Origin: Selaginella moellendorffii
Lineage: Eukaryota > Plantae > Lycopodiophyta
Reading direction: 5' to 3'
NCBI RefSeq assembly: GCF_000143415.4
Contig: NW_003314318.1
Coordinates: 1,232,710 to 1,296,709 of the forward strand
DNA length: 64,000 nucleotides
This document shows, in pieces, positions 12,694 through 23,995 of the stretch (positions are counted from its first letter, which is position 1; every line of letters starts with the position of its first letter). Position numbers and translations under genes: made by a program. The notes beneath the pieces were generated by a model, which did no database searches, had not been told where the DNA came from, and worked only from the letters and a program-made list of their open reading frames with translations.

Positions 12694-14017
12694 CTAGAAC
12701 CGAGCTTTGCGCTTTCTTCCAGTGTATTTGGTGTCTCTGGGAACTTCATGCCCGGCTTTTCGGCGTTGTTCTTTCTTGCGGAGAATCCAATCGCGTCCTT
12801 TTTTGTTCTTCTTCTCGAGCTTGCTTCTCTTTGCGGGTCTTTCCCTCCCGGAGAATTTCACCTGAGTGTCACAGAAACTTGAAGTTTAGTGTCTAAGGTA
12901 TTTTCGCGTACCGTTCTTGCATCTTCTTCTTCATCATCCTCGTCAATCTCGTTGTCTTCACTTTCGCTTCCTCCGTCCTCGCCCTTGGGTTTTGGAAGTA
13001 CGCTGGGAGGCCCAGATACCAGACAGAGAAAATACTTCTTCGCGCGAGAGCTGGAGGCATGGAACGTTAAGTTTCTCAAAGTTGAAAGGAAACTTATAGA
13101 GCTTACCTGTGAGGATAATCCACCACAAGACCGCCCGAGAAGCCACAGCGCATAGCTGCGGATGTGATCAACTCAAGCTGCACAGTGTTCTCGGGATAGA
13201 TCTGGAGCACTGCTCTGGCACCTCTCGCTAGACAATGGAAGAGCGCCGTAAAGAAACATCTAAAACAACGCGAATTACTTGAAAGTTTGAAACACGAAAC
13301 GCTTACTTCAGCCTCTTCCGCGGATCATTGCACGACTTATCGGCGTTGCACAGCCACTGCTCACCTAGCGAAGATCAGGTCCAACATGGAATAAAAGAGA
13401 AAGAAAGAAGGAAAAAGAGAGAGAGGACTCTACCTGGACAGCAGAAATGCTGATCGCTCCATCAAACACTCCTGGCCGTAGTCCTAATCCCTGCAAGCAT
13501 TCGCAAAGTCAAGAAGAATCGTAAGAAATGAGAGTACCTGTCCTATGTCTCCTAGAAGTAAATCACCGTCCGCTTCCCGTTCTAGAGCAACTTCTGGAAG
13601 AAAAAAAGTGAAAAGAATGTCAAAACCAAGAAATCCTTCTTCTTTGTCCTAGATCACCTAGCATCGATTGTGAAATGTCCATTCCTATCCAGTGATGACC
13701 TTTCTCGCTCAAACTTTCTCCACTCAAGCCCGATCCACAACCTGCTCGAAGAAGAGAATCAATACGAAGAAAACAATGCAAGGAGAGAAAATACCAATGT
13801 CAAGAAGAAGCTTTGGTTTGTCATCAGGCAAAGCGAGAAGCTCCATAGCCCTCTCTGTCAGCTTTGCCTTCACAAAATTCACGAATAGCTTAAGTGTATG
13901 CTCCCAATACCACGCATTTACCTGGATATGGATGATCCGAGACGACGTCGTGTATTTTCGCGACTCGGATTCATTGTAGAAGAGCTCCGGAGGCGCCTGG
14001 CGCTCTGGCCGCGCCAT
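12694..14017 (-). CDS. BUD23: 18S rRNA (guanine-N7) methyltransferase BUD23/WBSCR22/RID2
   Basis: [38 protein letters not shown]|[18 protein letters not shown]-terminus [10 protein letters not shown]...[13 protein letters not shown]. Confidence 0.95.
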
Positions 14018-14056
14018 AAACCCTAATTCTTAGTGTCCACAAACCAAGAACCCTAA
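14018..14056. promoter_or_regulatory. Telo-box motifs in the 48-bp divergent intergenic gap
   Basis: AAACCCTAA at 14018-14026 and AACCCTAA at 14049-14056. Telo-boxes are typical of ribosome-biogenesis genes. Confidence 0.55.
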
Positions 14057-14065
14057 AATATCAGG

Positions 14066-14670
14066 ATGAAGATGGGGCTACTCCAATTGCCGTCTTCTTT
14101 CTCGTATCTTCTCTATAATCCACACCATCGCTCCTCCGCACGATCACCAGCATTTCCATCTGGCATTACTTGCTCGGCAGCGCGAGTGGAGCGAGCGGCG
14201 GCCTCGAGAAGGAGAAGATTGGTAGAAATTGGCGCAGTCTCGGACGAGAAATTCCGGACGATTGCCGCGGCGGCGGTGGCCCTCCCGATTGGAATGGCAG
14301 CGATGGCGGTCTTTGGAGCGTTTCTACTCCAGCGCCAAATCAGGATGGAAGCATTGCGGGACGTAAGTATCAACTAGGAGAAGAAATCGTGCTGACAAGA
14401 GTTTCTTTCTTCCAGGGAGAAGAATTTATTAAGCTGGTCGAGGGTGGAATGGACGAAGAGACTGCCAAGAACACAATTCTCAGTAGAATCGAGATCATAG
14501 GACCGGACCTCAGGAGCGAGTTTAGACGCAAACGTCCGCAAATTCAAGACAAGATCGAGCAGGAGCAGCAGCAGGACGAGCAAGAGCAAGAACAGGAGCA
14601 ACAAACCGAGGAGCCCGAGCTGGACACGAAGATTCAAACGCCAGTGACGATGATGCGAGAAGAAAACTAA
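14066..14670 (+). CDS. Uncharacterised two-exon protein; probable plastid transit peptide, one TM helix, Glu/Gln-rich tail
   Basis: Exon 1 14066-14362 (ends EALRD|gtaag), exon 2 about 14416-14670 (ttccag|GEEFIKL...). Frames join; Ser/Arg-rich N-terminus; hydrophobic IAAAAVALPIGMAAMAVFGAFLL. Confidence 0.7.
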
Positions 14671-14696
14671 AATCTGAATGGACTGATTGATCCATC

Positions 14697-16221
14697 TTAG
14701 TTGGCGGATTGGAGGATCCTCTCTGCGACCAGCATGTCGTCTGGTGTAGTTACCTGTAAAACTATCACATTTACTGAAAGAACCACAAAGAGAAGAAAGG
14801 AGTGACTTACTTTCAAGTTGGAGTAAGAGCCCTCTGTGATGAACACTGGACGCTTCAAAAACTCCACAATGGAAACATCATCTGTGACCTCCAATCCATC
14901 CCTGCATCAAAACCAAGTTCTTTTCACGGCCAACAAAAGAACTGTACGCTCTTGCTCACCTCTCAACAAGTCCGAATCCCTGACGAAGTAGTGATGGTTC
15001 TATAGCCTGCAAGTTAAAGCTAGTAAGTGAGGGAATGTTTCATCGAGTTTTACCTGAGGTGTTTGCATTTCCCACAAGTTCTGTCTGTTCAATGTCTTTT
15101 TGACGAAGTGATCGCTTCCTGCCTGTGGTCAAATTTACTATCAATCCAGAACGAGTATGATCTGCGTACCTCTTTGATAGTGGCTTTAACACGTACTCCA
15201 AGAACGGCAGCTCCATGCACCCAGGCATCTCTCAAAACCTGAAAACCACGCGAACAGTTTGAGTGTTTGAAAGACGAGTAAGCAACGCATACACCCTCTG
15301 TATGTCATGCCCAAGGACAAGAGGTCGCGCAGAATCATGGATACAAGCTAGCTTCGAGTCATCACTGATAGCCTGAAACAACCGAGACAACACTAGTTCG
15401 ATCAGACATGATAAGACCCAAGCAAATTTCACCTGGAGCCCGCTGAAAACAGAATCTTGTCTCTCCCTGCCAGGTAGAGCAAATTTTACGACTATCTTGA
15501 TGTTTTTGCTAGCTTCTGAGAAGTAAACGTCTTGAAAAAATGATCAAACTGGCATAATGTTTGTTACCTTCAAACAGATGCTTGAATGATGGGTCACAAA
15601 CCACCACAACCTCCTTAACTTCAGGCATGTTAGCAAATGTATAAAAACTGTGGCAAACGCGCTAGCATCAACAAAACGAAGACCAAGTTATTCCGCACTA
15701 ACCTGTATAGCGCAATAGGCTGTCCTAGAAGAGGCAAATATTGTTTTGGCATATCAGCCTGCAAGAATAACAATCGCGATTAGAAACTCACACAAAAGGG
15801 TAGAAAGAGTCAGACTATACCCCCATCCGCTTCCCTACGCCACCAGCAAGTAAGATCACAGATACCGAGTGCTCCGGAACCACCTTAAGAATTTGCAAGG
15901 AATCAAACAAATCAGCTTCTAAAGGGCTGGAAATCAAGAAACCAACCTCAGAGTCTTCCTTCACCAAGCTGGATGCACATAGAGCTGCTGCATTGGCCTT
16001 TACTAGCAATCTTGGAACTGCAAGGAAGACAAGAATACTGGGGGTTGATCCAAAACTTATGTTCCATGAGAACCTGAGCGTGTCAGCAACACACTTTGCT
16101 TCCGAGAACAAGCACCAGCAGCACCACAAGGAGCAGCAGAGGAGAATTCACTCTGATATTGAAGCTTGGATTGCCCACCGCTCGAAAGGGGTACTATGAT
16201 TCCGGGAGCCACAGCCGCCAT
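14697..16221 (-). CDS. ISPD: 2-C-methyl-D-erythritol 4-phosphate cytidylyltransferase (MEP pathway), plastid
   Basis: [13 protein letters not shown]|[48 protein letters not shown]|VTTPDD. Transit peptide from ATG 16221. Confidence 0.95.
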
Positions 16222-16250
16222 AGCCAGAGCAGTGATGAAAACCCGATTGG

Positions 16251-17310
16251 TCAAAGTTGAGGTTGAGGGTTTGCCCACAAACTGTAGTATAAGAACAACT
16301 TCCAGAAAAATGTCGGGGCTGCAGATGCTGCTACTAAGACCATACTTATGTTCGCGCTAGTGTTCAAAACAACTAACAATCAAACGTAGTCATTTCATCA
16401 ACAGCCAACAAGAAGTTTTCGTCTTCCATTTCTTACCTTGCAGAGCGACTCCATTGGAGATCAGTACCAACACCTCAATCACCAACGCGATATGCGGGGA
16501 GAAGTCCCATATCTGCACGAAGCAAGGAACACATAATCGACATACTCGTCGTGCAAATGCAAAGGAAGGATACCATACCATCATCGCAAAAATGAAAAGC
16601 TTGAAGTAGCTTGAAGAAGTGATTGCGGTAAGGATGTCCATTAAACTCGTCGAGCTGGAACGTTTCTTTGTGAAGAATCTGTGCATGATCCAGATGCCTG
16701 TGATATAGCTACTGAAAGTCACTGCTGCTTTGGCCAACATCTATATCATCGTCACGGAATGTAAAGCACAACTTCTAGATCAAATTGCTAGATCACCTTA
16801 GCCGATCGATACGAGATGGCAGCGGCCCTCTCAGTGCTAAAATAGTCGTAGAGACATGCTTCCAAAACAACAAGTAGAAGAACTGCCATCACTACGACCT
16901 GCTTTCAAACGACAAAATCAGCTCCCCTCGAGAGAATCGAAAGAGCGAAACACTTACTTTCGAACTTAGAGCGTTGCTGTTGAAGAACAAGTGCCGGTAA
17001 GCCTCTGGCTTGTGCAAGACAATATCAACGAAAACAATCTGGAAAACACGATCCATCATCAAACGCAGAAAGTAGAAGATCATCGATCGGAATGACAAGC
17101 TTACAATCGGCTCGCACTCCACATATTCATCAGCGACGCATCCACATTTTGGCTGAAAAACAAAACAGAGACAAGATAAAGAACACGAAGCGATCGAGAA
17201 CGATTTCCCGCAGATCATCAAGAACTTACGCATTTCCGGAGGCGCAGATTGCCCGGCGAGTACTGCACAAAGGTGCCGATCACGGGCGATCCACAGTGCA
17301 CGCAGCGCAT
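16251..17310 (-). CDS. ARV1: ARV1-like ER sterol/lipid homeostasis protein
   Basis: MRCVHCGSPVIGTFVQYSPGNLRLRKC|PKCGCVADEYVECEPI|IVFVDIVLHKPEAYRHLFFN (Arv1 homology domain); SSYFKLFIFAMM; inferred last exon ends at TGA 16251. Confidence 0.9.
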
Positions 17311-17465
17311 CCTCGCGGAGAATCAAAACCCTAGACCCCGCGGCACAAGAGCACAAAATATTTATTTCCATTGCATTTGCAGAGACTCGGGGTAAGAGAA
17401 AGAATTGCTATTAACACGAGTAGATAGTAAAACTAGCTGCCAAGAAGCTCGGTAAATTCTCCCCG

Positions 17466-17891
17466 CTAGTAGCCACACAAGCCATAGTCGCAGCGCTTGT
17501 TCTTACACACGCGGCCACATTTGCCGCAGTTGCGACTGTCGCGAAGGAGATTGACGCAGCGACCTCTGCAACAGGAATATCCCCAGGGGCATCTATTCCA
17601 GCAGCTCCCACAGTAGTTTCTATTGGTGAGAATATCCACGCACTGCCTGTTGCAACACGTAGGCCCGGCGGGATTGTACCTCCCATCCAAGCAAATCGCG
17701 GGCTTCCTATCGCAAGTCGCCGGACGTCTTCCACCCCAGAACCACTCGTCCTTGCTTGGACGGGACCATTCCTCCTCTTTGCTAGGTGGCGGAGATGGAG
17801 ACGTGGTGGTGCTGGCGAGAGAGGACGAGATCAAGGACGAGAGGAGGAGAATCGCGAGGAATCCCATCAGCCTTTGCCTCGATCCCGCCAT
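17466..17891 (-). CDS. STIG1/GRIM REAPER-like secreted cysteine-rich protein
   Basis: Signal peptide, then CCNRQCVD...NYCGSC...CPWGYSCCRGRCVNL..D..NCGKCGRVC...CDYGLCGY (STIG1 cysteine pattern). Confidence 0.92.
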   Translation of the reverse strand: MAGSRQRLMGFLAILLLSSLISSSLASTTTSPSPPPSKEEEWSRPSKDEWFWGGRRPATCDRKPAICLDGRYNPAGPTCCNRQCVDILTNRNYCGSCWNRCPWGYSCCRGRCVNLLRDSRNCGKCGRVCKNKRCDYGLCGY

Positions 17892-17906
17892 TGTTTCTTC
17901 CGGATT

Positions 17907-17965
17907 GATAGATCCTGCGAGAAAATCGATAGATCCTGCCAGAGAATTGGTAGATCCTGCGAGGA
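17907..17965. repeat. About 3 copies of a 21-bp tandem repeat in the STIG1-like 5' leader
   Basis: gatagatcctgcgagaaaatc / gatagatcctgccagagaatt / ggtagatcctgcgagga. Confidence 0.7.
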
Positions 17966-18484
17966 AACGAGAAAGCCTTTGCTGTTTCGATGCATTGCGT
18001 GTGGAGTTTATATACACCACACCCGCGGAGACGTCTGGTTTCCGGGGCCACAAAACATGGCATACTTGTAACGAACGATCATGCACGGCGTGCGAGGCCA
18101 CGATCGCCTTGACAATTTGCAAGGAGACCCCCTGGAAATGATCAAACGGAAAGGTCAAAGGGGTCGCATATTGGAAATCGTGTCCGTGCTATCACAGCTC
18201 GCTTGTCCAAATTGGAACCATGGAAAACAATGTTTCCTCTCATCACAGTACAACATCTCAGTACTTACAACTTTTAGAATGCTCATGTTCTCCATATAAT
18301 CAAAACATCTCTACATTTTGCAGCTAGCCAAGTTGCTAGATACTAGCAAAAATGCCCTTACAATGCTCAGAAGACATGGTTTTTAAAAACTAGCATCTCA
18401 GCATGAGAAAACATGGTTGTTCTAAACTTTCCATCGATCTAAAATCTTCTCGAGCTGAGAGAAGAATTGGGAGCGATCAACCAA

Positions 18485-19503
18485 TCACACCATCCCACAT
18501 CCACTGGAATGCCTCCACTGGAGATAGAGCAATCCCGCACGGTAGTGAGTGTACGCCCCGGCCACCACCAACACGTGGAAAAGCTGGTGGCTATGGCCGG
18601 CGATATCAAACCTCCCGGGCTTCCACCTCTCAGGAACCCTAGTCACGTACACGAGCGCGCCCATGCCGTAGAACAGCCCCATAAAAAGCTCATAGACGGT
18701 GGTCAACACTATGACCGGCTGGTTGCCATGCAGGAAAATCTTGTGGACCACCGGCGCCACGCCCGACACGCCCATGGCCACAAACAGCGCCGCCCTAACG
18801 GGGCGATAGGCGGCCGTCTGGAACACCGGGAGCAGCGATACCAGTATGGCGAGAACGCCCAAAAGCGTTATCACCGCCAGGTAGAGGTTTCTCCACAGCG
18901 GCGAGCACATGAACGAGTAGTAGACCGGCGGATAGAAGGAGGTGGAGATGAGCGATGCGATCCCTGCGTAGTCGAGGCGGAGGAGCAAATACGAGGCCCT
19001 CTCCGAGTGGCAGCCCAGGAGATGGGCGACGCTGCTGGAGAAGAGGCAAAACATGGCACCGCCCAGGAATGTGTAGATCGGCCAGCGCGCGGTCGGTGCG
19101 TGGAGGAGCTCGGCCACCAGGGTGGGGATTTCCACCGTCAGGATCACGTTGATGGTGAGGAAGACGAAGAGGAGGAATCCCACGCAGTGCCTGGAGCAAG
19201 GAAAGGGTGCCGTCAGTCCCAAGGGCCGAAAGATCATGGAATCGAGCGATGGAAAAAGGGGGAAAGGGATCGCGATACTTACGTCCAGAAGTTGAGTGTC
19301 TCGTTGTGGATGGAGAACATGCTGAGGATCGTCTGCTTGAGCGGCCAATTCACCCTGTAGTGCTTGAGGATGTACTCGTTGTCGCGGAGATAATCGGGGA
19401 GCGCGTGGTAGTCCACCAGACTGTAGGCCTTCTGGAGCAATCGCCGCGCCTTGGATGGGCTCCCGGGGCATTCATCGCGATCACTGGCAGCCATTGGGGA
19501 CAT
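18485..19503 (-). CDS. HHP: Heptahelical transmembrane protein (PAQR/HHP, hemolysin-III family), two exons
   Basis: YHALPDYLRDNEYILKHYR...SIHNETLNFWT|HCVG, SSVAHLLGCHS, RLDYAGI, RVPERWKPGRFDIAGHSHQLFHVLVVAGAYTHY. Confidence 0.95.
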
Positions 19504-19673
19504 CGTCCCTTCCAAACCCTATACTGCCAAGGGAACCGCTTTCCCCTCTTTAAAACGCGAAGTCCCCTTTAGGCATATGCCAGGAATGTGCACGGGGATA
19601 TGCGTCCTTTAATGGTTTATATGCCTTTTGATTCGAACTAAACTATAAAAAGGGTGTAAGGGTTTGTAGAGCA

Positions 19674-20129
19674 ATGGCGTGCGTTCTCGTGAATGGGCTC
19701 CCCGAATGGGAAGTTGACAAGGTGATCGACTCGAGGATCAATGCCTGCAACAAGCGCGAGTATAGGGTGCTTTGGAGGGATTGGCCAGCGGAAACGGCGT
19801 CCTGGGAGGTGGCCGAGAATTTGGAGAACGCGCCGTTGAAGGTCAAGGAGTACTGGGCGAGCGCGCCATTCAGGTACAGGCGAGGCAAGATTTTTTATGT
19901 TGATCCCGAGTCTTTGGCAACTCCAGCGATAGTGCCAAGGGAGGTAGAGGTGGAACGAGCTGTGAGGGAGATTGTGGAGAGTCCTGTGGCAGAAGGGATG
20001 AAGAACCGAGCCCAGGAACTCCAAGCCGCTGCGACTTCTCCACGCAAGAGAAGAAGGCTAGTCCCTTTGGCGCAGAAGCAGGCAATGGCTTCGTCCTCAA
20101 GCTCGAGCCTTAGGAACAAAACGTTCTAA
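19674..20129 (+). CDS. Stand-alone chromodomain protein (chromovirus-like chromodomain, basic NLS)
   Basis: EWEVDKVIDSR...EYRVLWRDWPAETASWEVAENLENAPLKVKEYW; PRKRRR; intronless 151-aa ORF; TATAAAA at 19644-19650. Confidence 0.75.
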   Translation: MACVLVNGLPEWEVDKVIDSRINACNKREYRVLWRDWPAETASWEVAENLENAPLKVKEYWASAPFRYRRGKIFYVDPESLATPAIVPREVEVERAVREIVESPVAEGMKNRAQELQAAATSPRKRRRLVPLAQKQAMASSSSSSLRNKTF

Positions 20130-21118
20130 ATTCCAGGAACGTTTTAAATTTCAAGAACAAAATGTTGTAAGCGTAGCTTATTTTGGATTAGAGCTACACA
20201 AAAAATCAGGTTCAATTCCCGCAAGCAGACACTCACTTAGAACTATATTAGAATTTTTTTAGGAATTATTAATTTTAAACATAATATGATTACCTATCTT
20301 TAATATTGAAAGCAAAAAAGAACTAATGTATTATGGGGTAGAACTTAAAAAATATAGCAATAGTTAAGTAATTTATTAATTTTCTAGAGATACAATTTAT
20401 AGAAGGCTGCTTTTGTTGATATAAAAACATTTATTAATCTGAGTGTCAATTTTTCATCTGGTTATTTATTGTGAAAAATATAATTTTATTTTTAATAAAT
20501 TAACTGCAAAAGTGTGAGTCAATTGCTAGGTCCTTAAGATGCTCAGAAAATATATTTACCATCCCATCCATTTACTGTTCACAAAAAGGGATGTTCAAGA
20601 AAGAACACATTTCAAATAAAAAGAATAAAAATGCATTTTAGTGAACCAGTCATGAAATGGAAAGTGGCAATGTGCTCAAAACACAATAAAACCACCTAAA
20701 AGGAGTACAAGGTAATCTTTTTTGTGCTAAGCTTTTACAAAATTGAAACCTCTTCCTCACTAGTACTTCTTTGGAGTAGTCACTTAATATTTTGTCATCA
20801 TGATCATCAGCAGCACATGCTCTAAATTCTATGGCACTTCCTAGAATGTGGTATTAGTTGGAGGAAAAGCTTTCAATCATATCAAGCCGCACACAGATAA
20901 GAATGCCAAAGTTCATCACTTTGGCACACAATGTCTTTGTTCTAGCTTGAGCTCTAAAAAAAGGGGCATTTCTAGAAAGTACCACGTTTTCACATCAAAA
21001 GCATTAAAAGTAAGTGCATTTTAGTGAGTATGGGAAGTGTGAAGGGTGCTCCACATACAATCAACTTGGTATAAATATTGAAGCCAATTGACAAGAGATT
21101 TAGAGCAAACATACACTG

Positions 21119-21320
21119 GACTCCACCAGAAATGAGAAGTAGCAAATGTCATTGTTTATTGGTTCTAGTTGCTAATGAATAATAGCAATATCTAATGTGC
21201 TAAGTTGACGATTGCAAGGCAGACTTGAGCAATACAAATGACTATCACAAGCACCATATAGTTTGCAAGATGCATTTTAAGGCCCCAAATGGTCACATGT
21301 CATGAAACTTGCCAATTTTG
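21119..21320 (+). pseudogene. Decayed fragment of the SPL gene exon 1 (SBP domain)
   Basis: aatgtgctaagttgacgattgcaaggcagacttgagcaatacaaatgactatcacaagcaccatatagtttgcaagatgcatt aligns to 27175-27257; stops introduced mostly by C>T/G>A changes. Confidence 0.85.
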
Positions 21321-21339
21321 CAACTGAAGCCTTTCAGAT

Positions 21340-23995
21340 TTAGGATTTTTATTTTAAATTAAAAACTAATAAAGTTGAAATTGAAAAATGATATGAAAAC
21401 AAAAAAAATAATATTTTTCCATTTGACAATTCTTCTCTCCACTGATTAGGGCAAAAACTTTGACACCCTTCTAGCCCTTTTTGAGCCATTTTACCTTGTA
21501 AAAATGGGTGTTTTTTCAAAATGCCCTTTAAATACTAAGTAGAAATTATCAAAAGAAATTTTATGAGAAGGTAGCTCTTGTTCTTCAAGAGCAATAGAAC
21601 AAAATATTCTTTTTCTGTCATAATGAACAATAAATATTTTAAATTAAATGAGTGGGTGTTAATAATATTTCTCTCAATCGACTGGAATTTAGATTGCATG
21701 CCATAGTTGTCTTGTTTAAGGTATAATTTTACAAAGAAGAAATAGAAGGACAACAAGAGTTATCATTTAATTCTAGAAGGTATGCATATTATATATTCAA
21801 TTTTTTTTCTTTCCATGCATTTAACTTCTAATATAGGAAACACAAAGGGAAGAAGATCATAAATCAAAGAAGCAACAACCACTTAGAAAATTCTCAACTA
21901 ATTGAAATTTTTATTATCCTTAGGCTTTTACTAAAATTGATGAAAAAGGTATAATAGATTTAAACTTTTTCTTTTCTCAATTCTTTTATATAAGGGTACA
22001 TAATGGGTTTAAGAATTTTTTATGCTTAGTGTATCTAAGCTAGGAAAACAAATGTCTTTATTGGAGTAGGATTTGCTATTATTCATTTGAATGTTTGAAA
22101 GATCATGATAATTCTAGTGATCATGTAGCTATAAAGAAGGATAAAGATTACAAATGAAGACTTGAAAATGACAAACAAAGGAGTTTGATCACTATCACAT
22201 CAAAGCTTTAGGTTTTAAGTTCTTGCAATCAAAGATGTTGTTAAAGAGGAATTTTTTTAGAGCTGCAAAGAAATCTTTTTTTTAGCTTGATAAACTGTCA
22301 TATAGACTAATTACCACATGAACTAGCCCAAGAGTACAAATAATCAATTTGAACGACACCTAATTCTTTATATAAGTTATCTCAGAGACAAAGAAAAAGG
22401 TGTTCCAATCACAAAGTTTATTCAATTGTTACCTCTTGAAGATAGTATAACTAAATTAGTCTACAATGACATAATTCAAGTAGTAGAGAGCTTAAATTTG
22501 GACTTGAACAAACTTGTCACTTTGACAATAGACGAATGTAACACTATACAAAGGTCTATTATAAGAGTTGTTTAGCATTTCAGAAACAATATTCCAGGAT
22601 TAATTAGTGTGTATTGCATAATACATAAAGAAACATTAGTAACAAAGGATGGATTGAAATTGAATGAAGACTCTACCCCAAATAAAGTATATTCTTAGCT
22701 AAAAAAGAGTGTAAATCACCATCAACATTTCAAGAAGTTATTTGAAAGCTATAATCATAAGTCATTAAGTTTATTATAAATTCATAAGGTGCAAAAGTTA
22801 TCACAAGGGTAAATTATCAAATAGTTTGTAGAAGTTATGCTAGTGATTCTTCAGCTTTGGTAATCTAAATTACCTGAGTGGTATGACACCTTGAGAATCT
22901 TTCAAATATACTTGTAACCCTTTTTTAATTATAATTATTTTTTATAATTGTTTTATATATTTATTATAGGTATAGTTTCTTACTCATTTCCTAGCTAATG
23001 TGTTTACAAAGTTGAATAAATTCAATCTAATGTTCTAACATGAGAGGACATTATTGGTGATCAACAGTTTTTTAGATTTAACAATCTAAAATTTTTTAAA
23101 TGGGTATTTGGCAAATTGTTGGATAGATTGAACATTATTATTTGATTCTCTATCTACTGGTAAATCTGGAAAGCTAGAGTACCAAGTAAATAGATATATT
23201 ATTTCTTATGTTTTAAGTTATAAAGAGATCCCTTGTAAGGCTGGAGTTTTGGATTTTAATATAATATTAGATATATGAAGAGGATCACTTAAAGGTTGCA
23301 AAAGTATTGCAAAGTAGTACATTTAGGAAGTGGTTAATAGTCTTAATTGACATTTTGAAAATTTCTCATTCTTCAATAGTTTGAAGATTTTTCATCCTTG
23401 TTCAATTTAAAATGATTTAATAGCGAGGAGAAAATAAATTTAACTTCAACTAGAATAACTTTTCTAGACATATACTTCACCAAAGCTTCTCATTTTTATA
23501 ACTATGCTAAACATCATTCAAAGTTTTTTCTTTAGCTGATTTTAGTATTTTAGTAAAATCATCTAGCTCTTGCATAACTTTCATATTAATGATAATTTGG
23601 TTATAGTTGATCTTATTAGTAAAAAATAAAATTGTTTAAATTTAGTGTTAACTTTTGTATTCTCAAATCTTATGAGGCTATAGCAAGTTTGAATAACAAT
23701 TCTAATTAATGCTATTCCATGTGAGAGAAAATAAGTAAGTGAATTTATTTTGGAAATATTAAAGGTGTTGATGATGATATTCATAAATACTCCAAATCAA
23801 GATAATATAGATTGATGTAAAACATTCCAGATTTAGAATGCAAAGAAAGAAAGAAAAACACTTATATAATTAACCTTTCAATATATTTTTTGGCCAAAAA
23901 CTCAAATCGAATGGCCTAAAAAAAGATTTAGCCTCTTTCAAATGTAATAGATTAGAAAACTACCATACCTTTCAAATTTATGCCTTGCCACTGAT
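21340..23995 (+). mobile_element. Degenerate hAT-type DNA transposon
   Basis: Stop-riddled frames LDLNKLVTLTIDE, IPGLISVYCIIHKETLV (HCxxH-like) and AIPCER (dimerisation S-x-x-C-E-R motif); AT-rich; limits approximate. Confidence 0.7.

Noticed and set aside
17892-18158. N-terminal extension of the STIG1-like ORF
   Set aside because: Non-ATG start in the track; includes a TATA box (about 18007-18014) and the leader repeat; the signal peptide follows ATG 17891.
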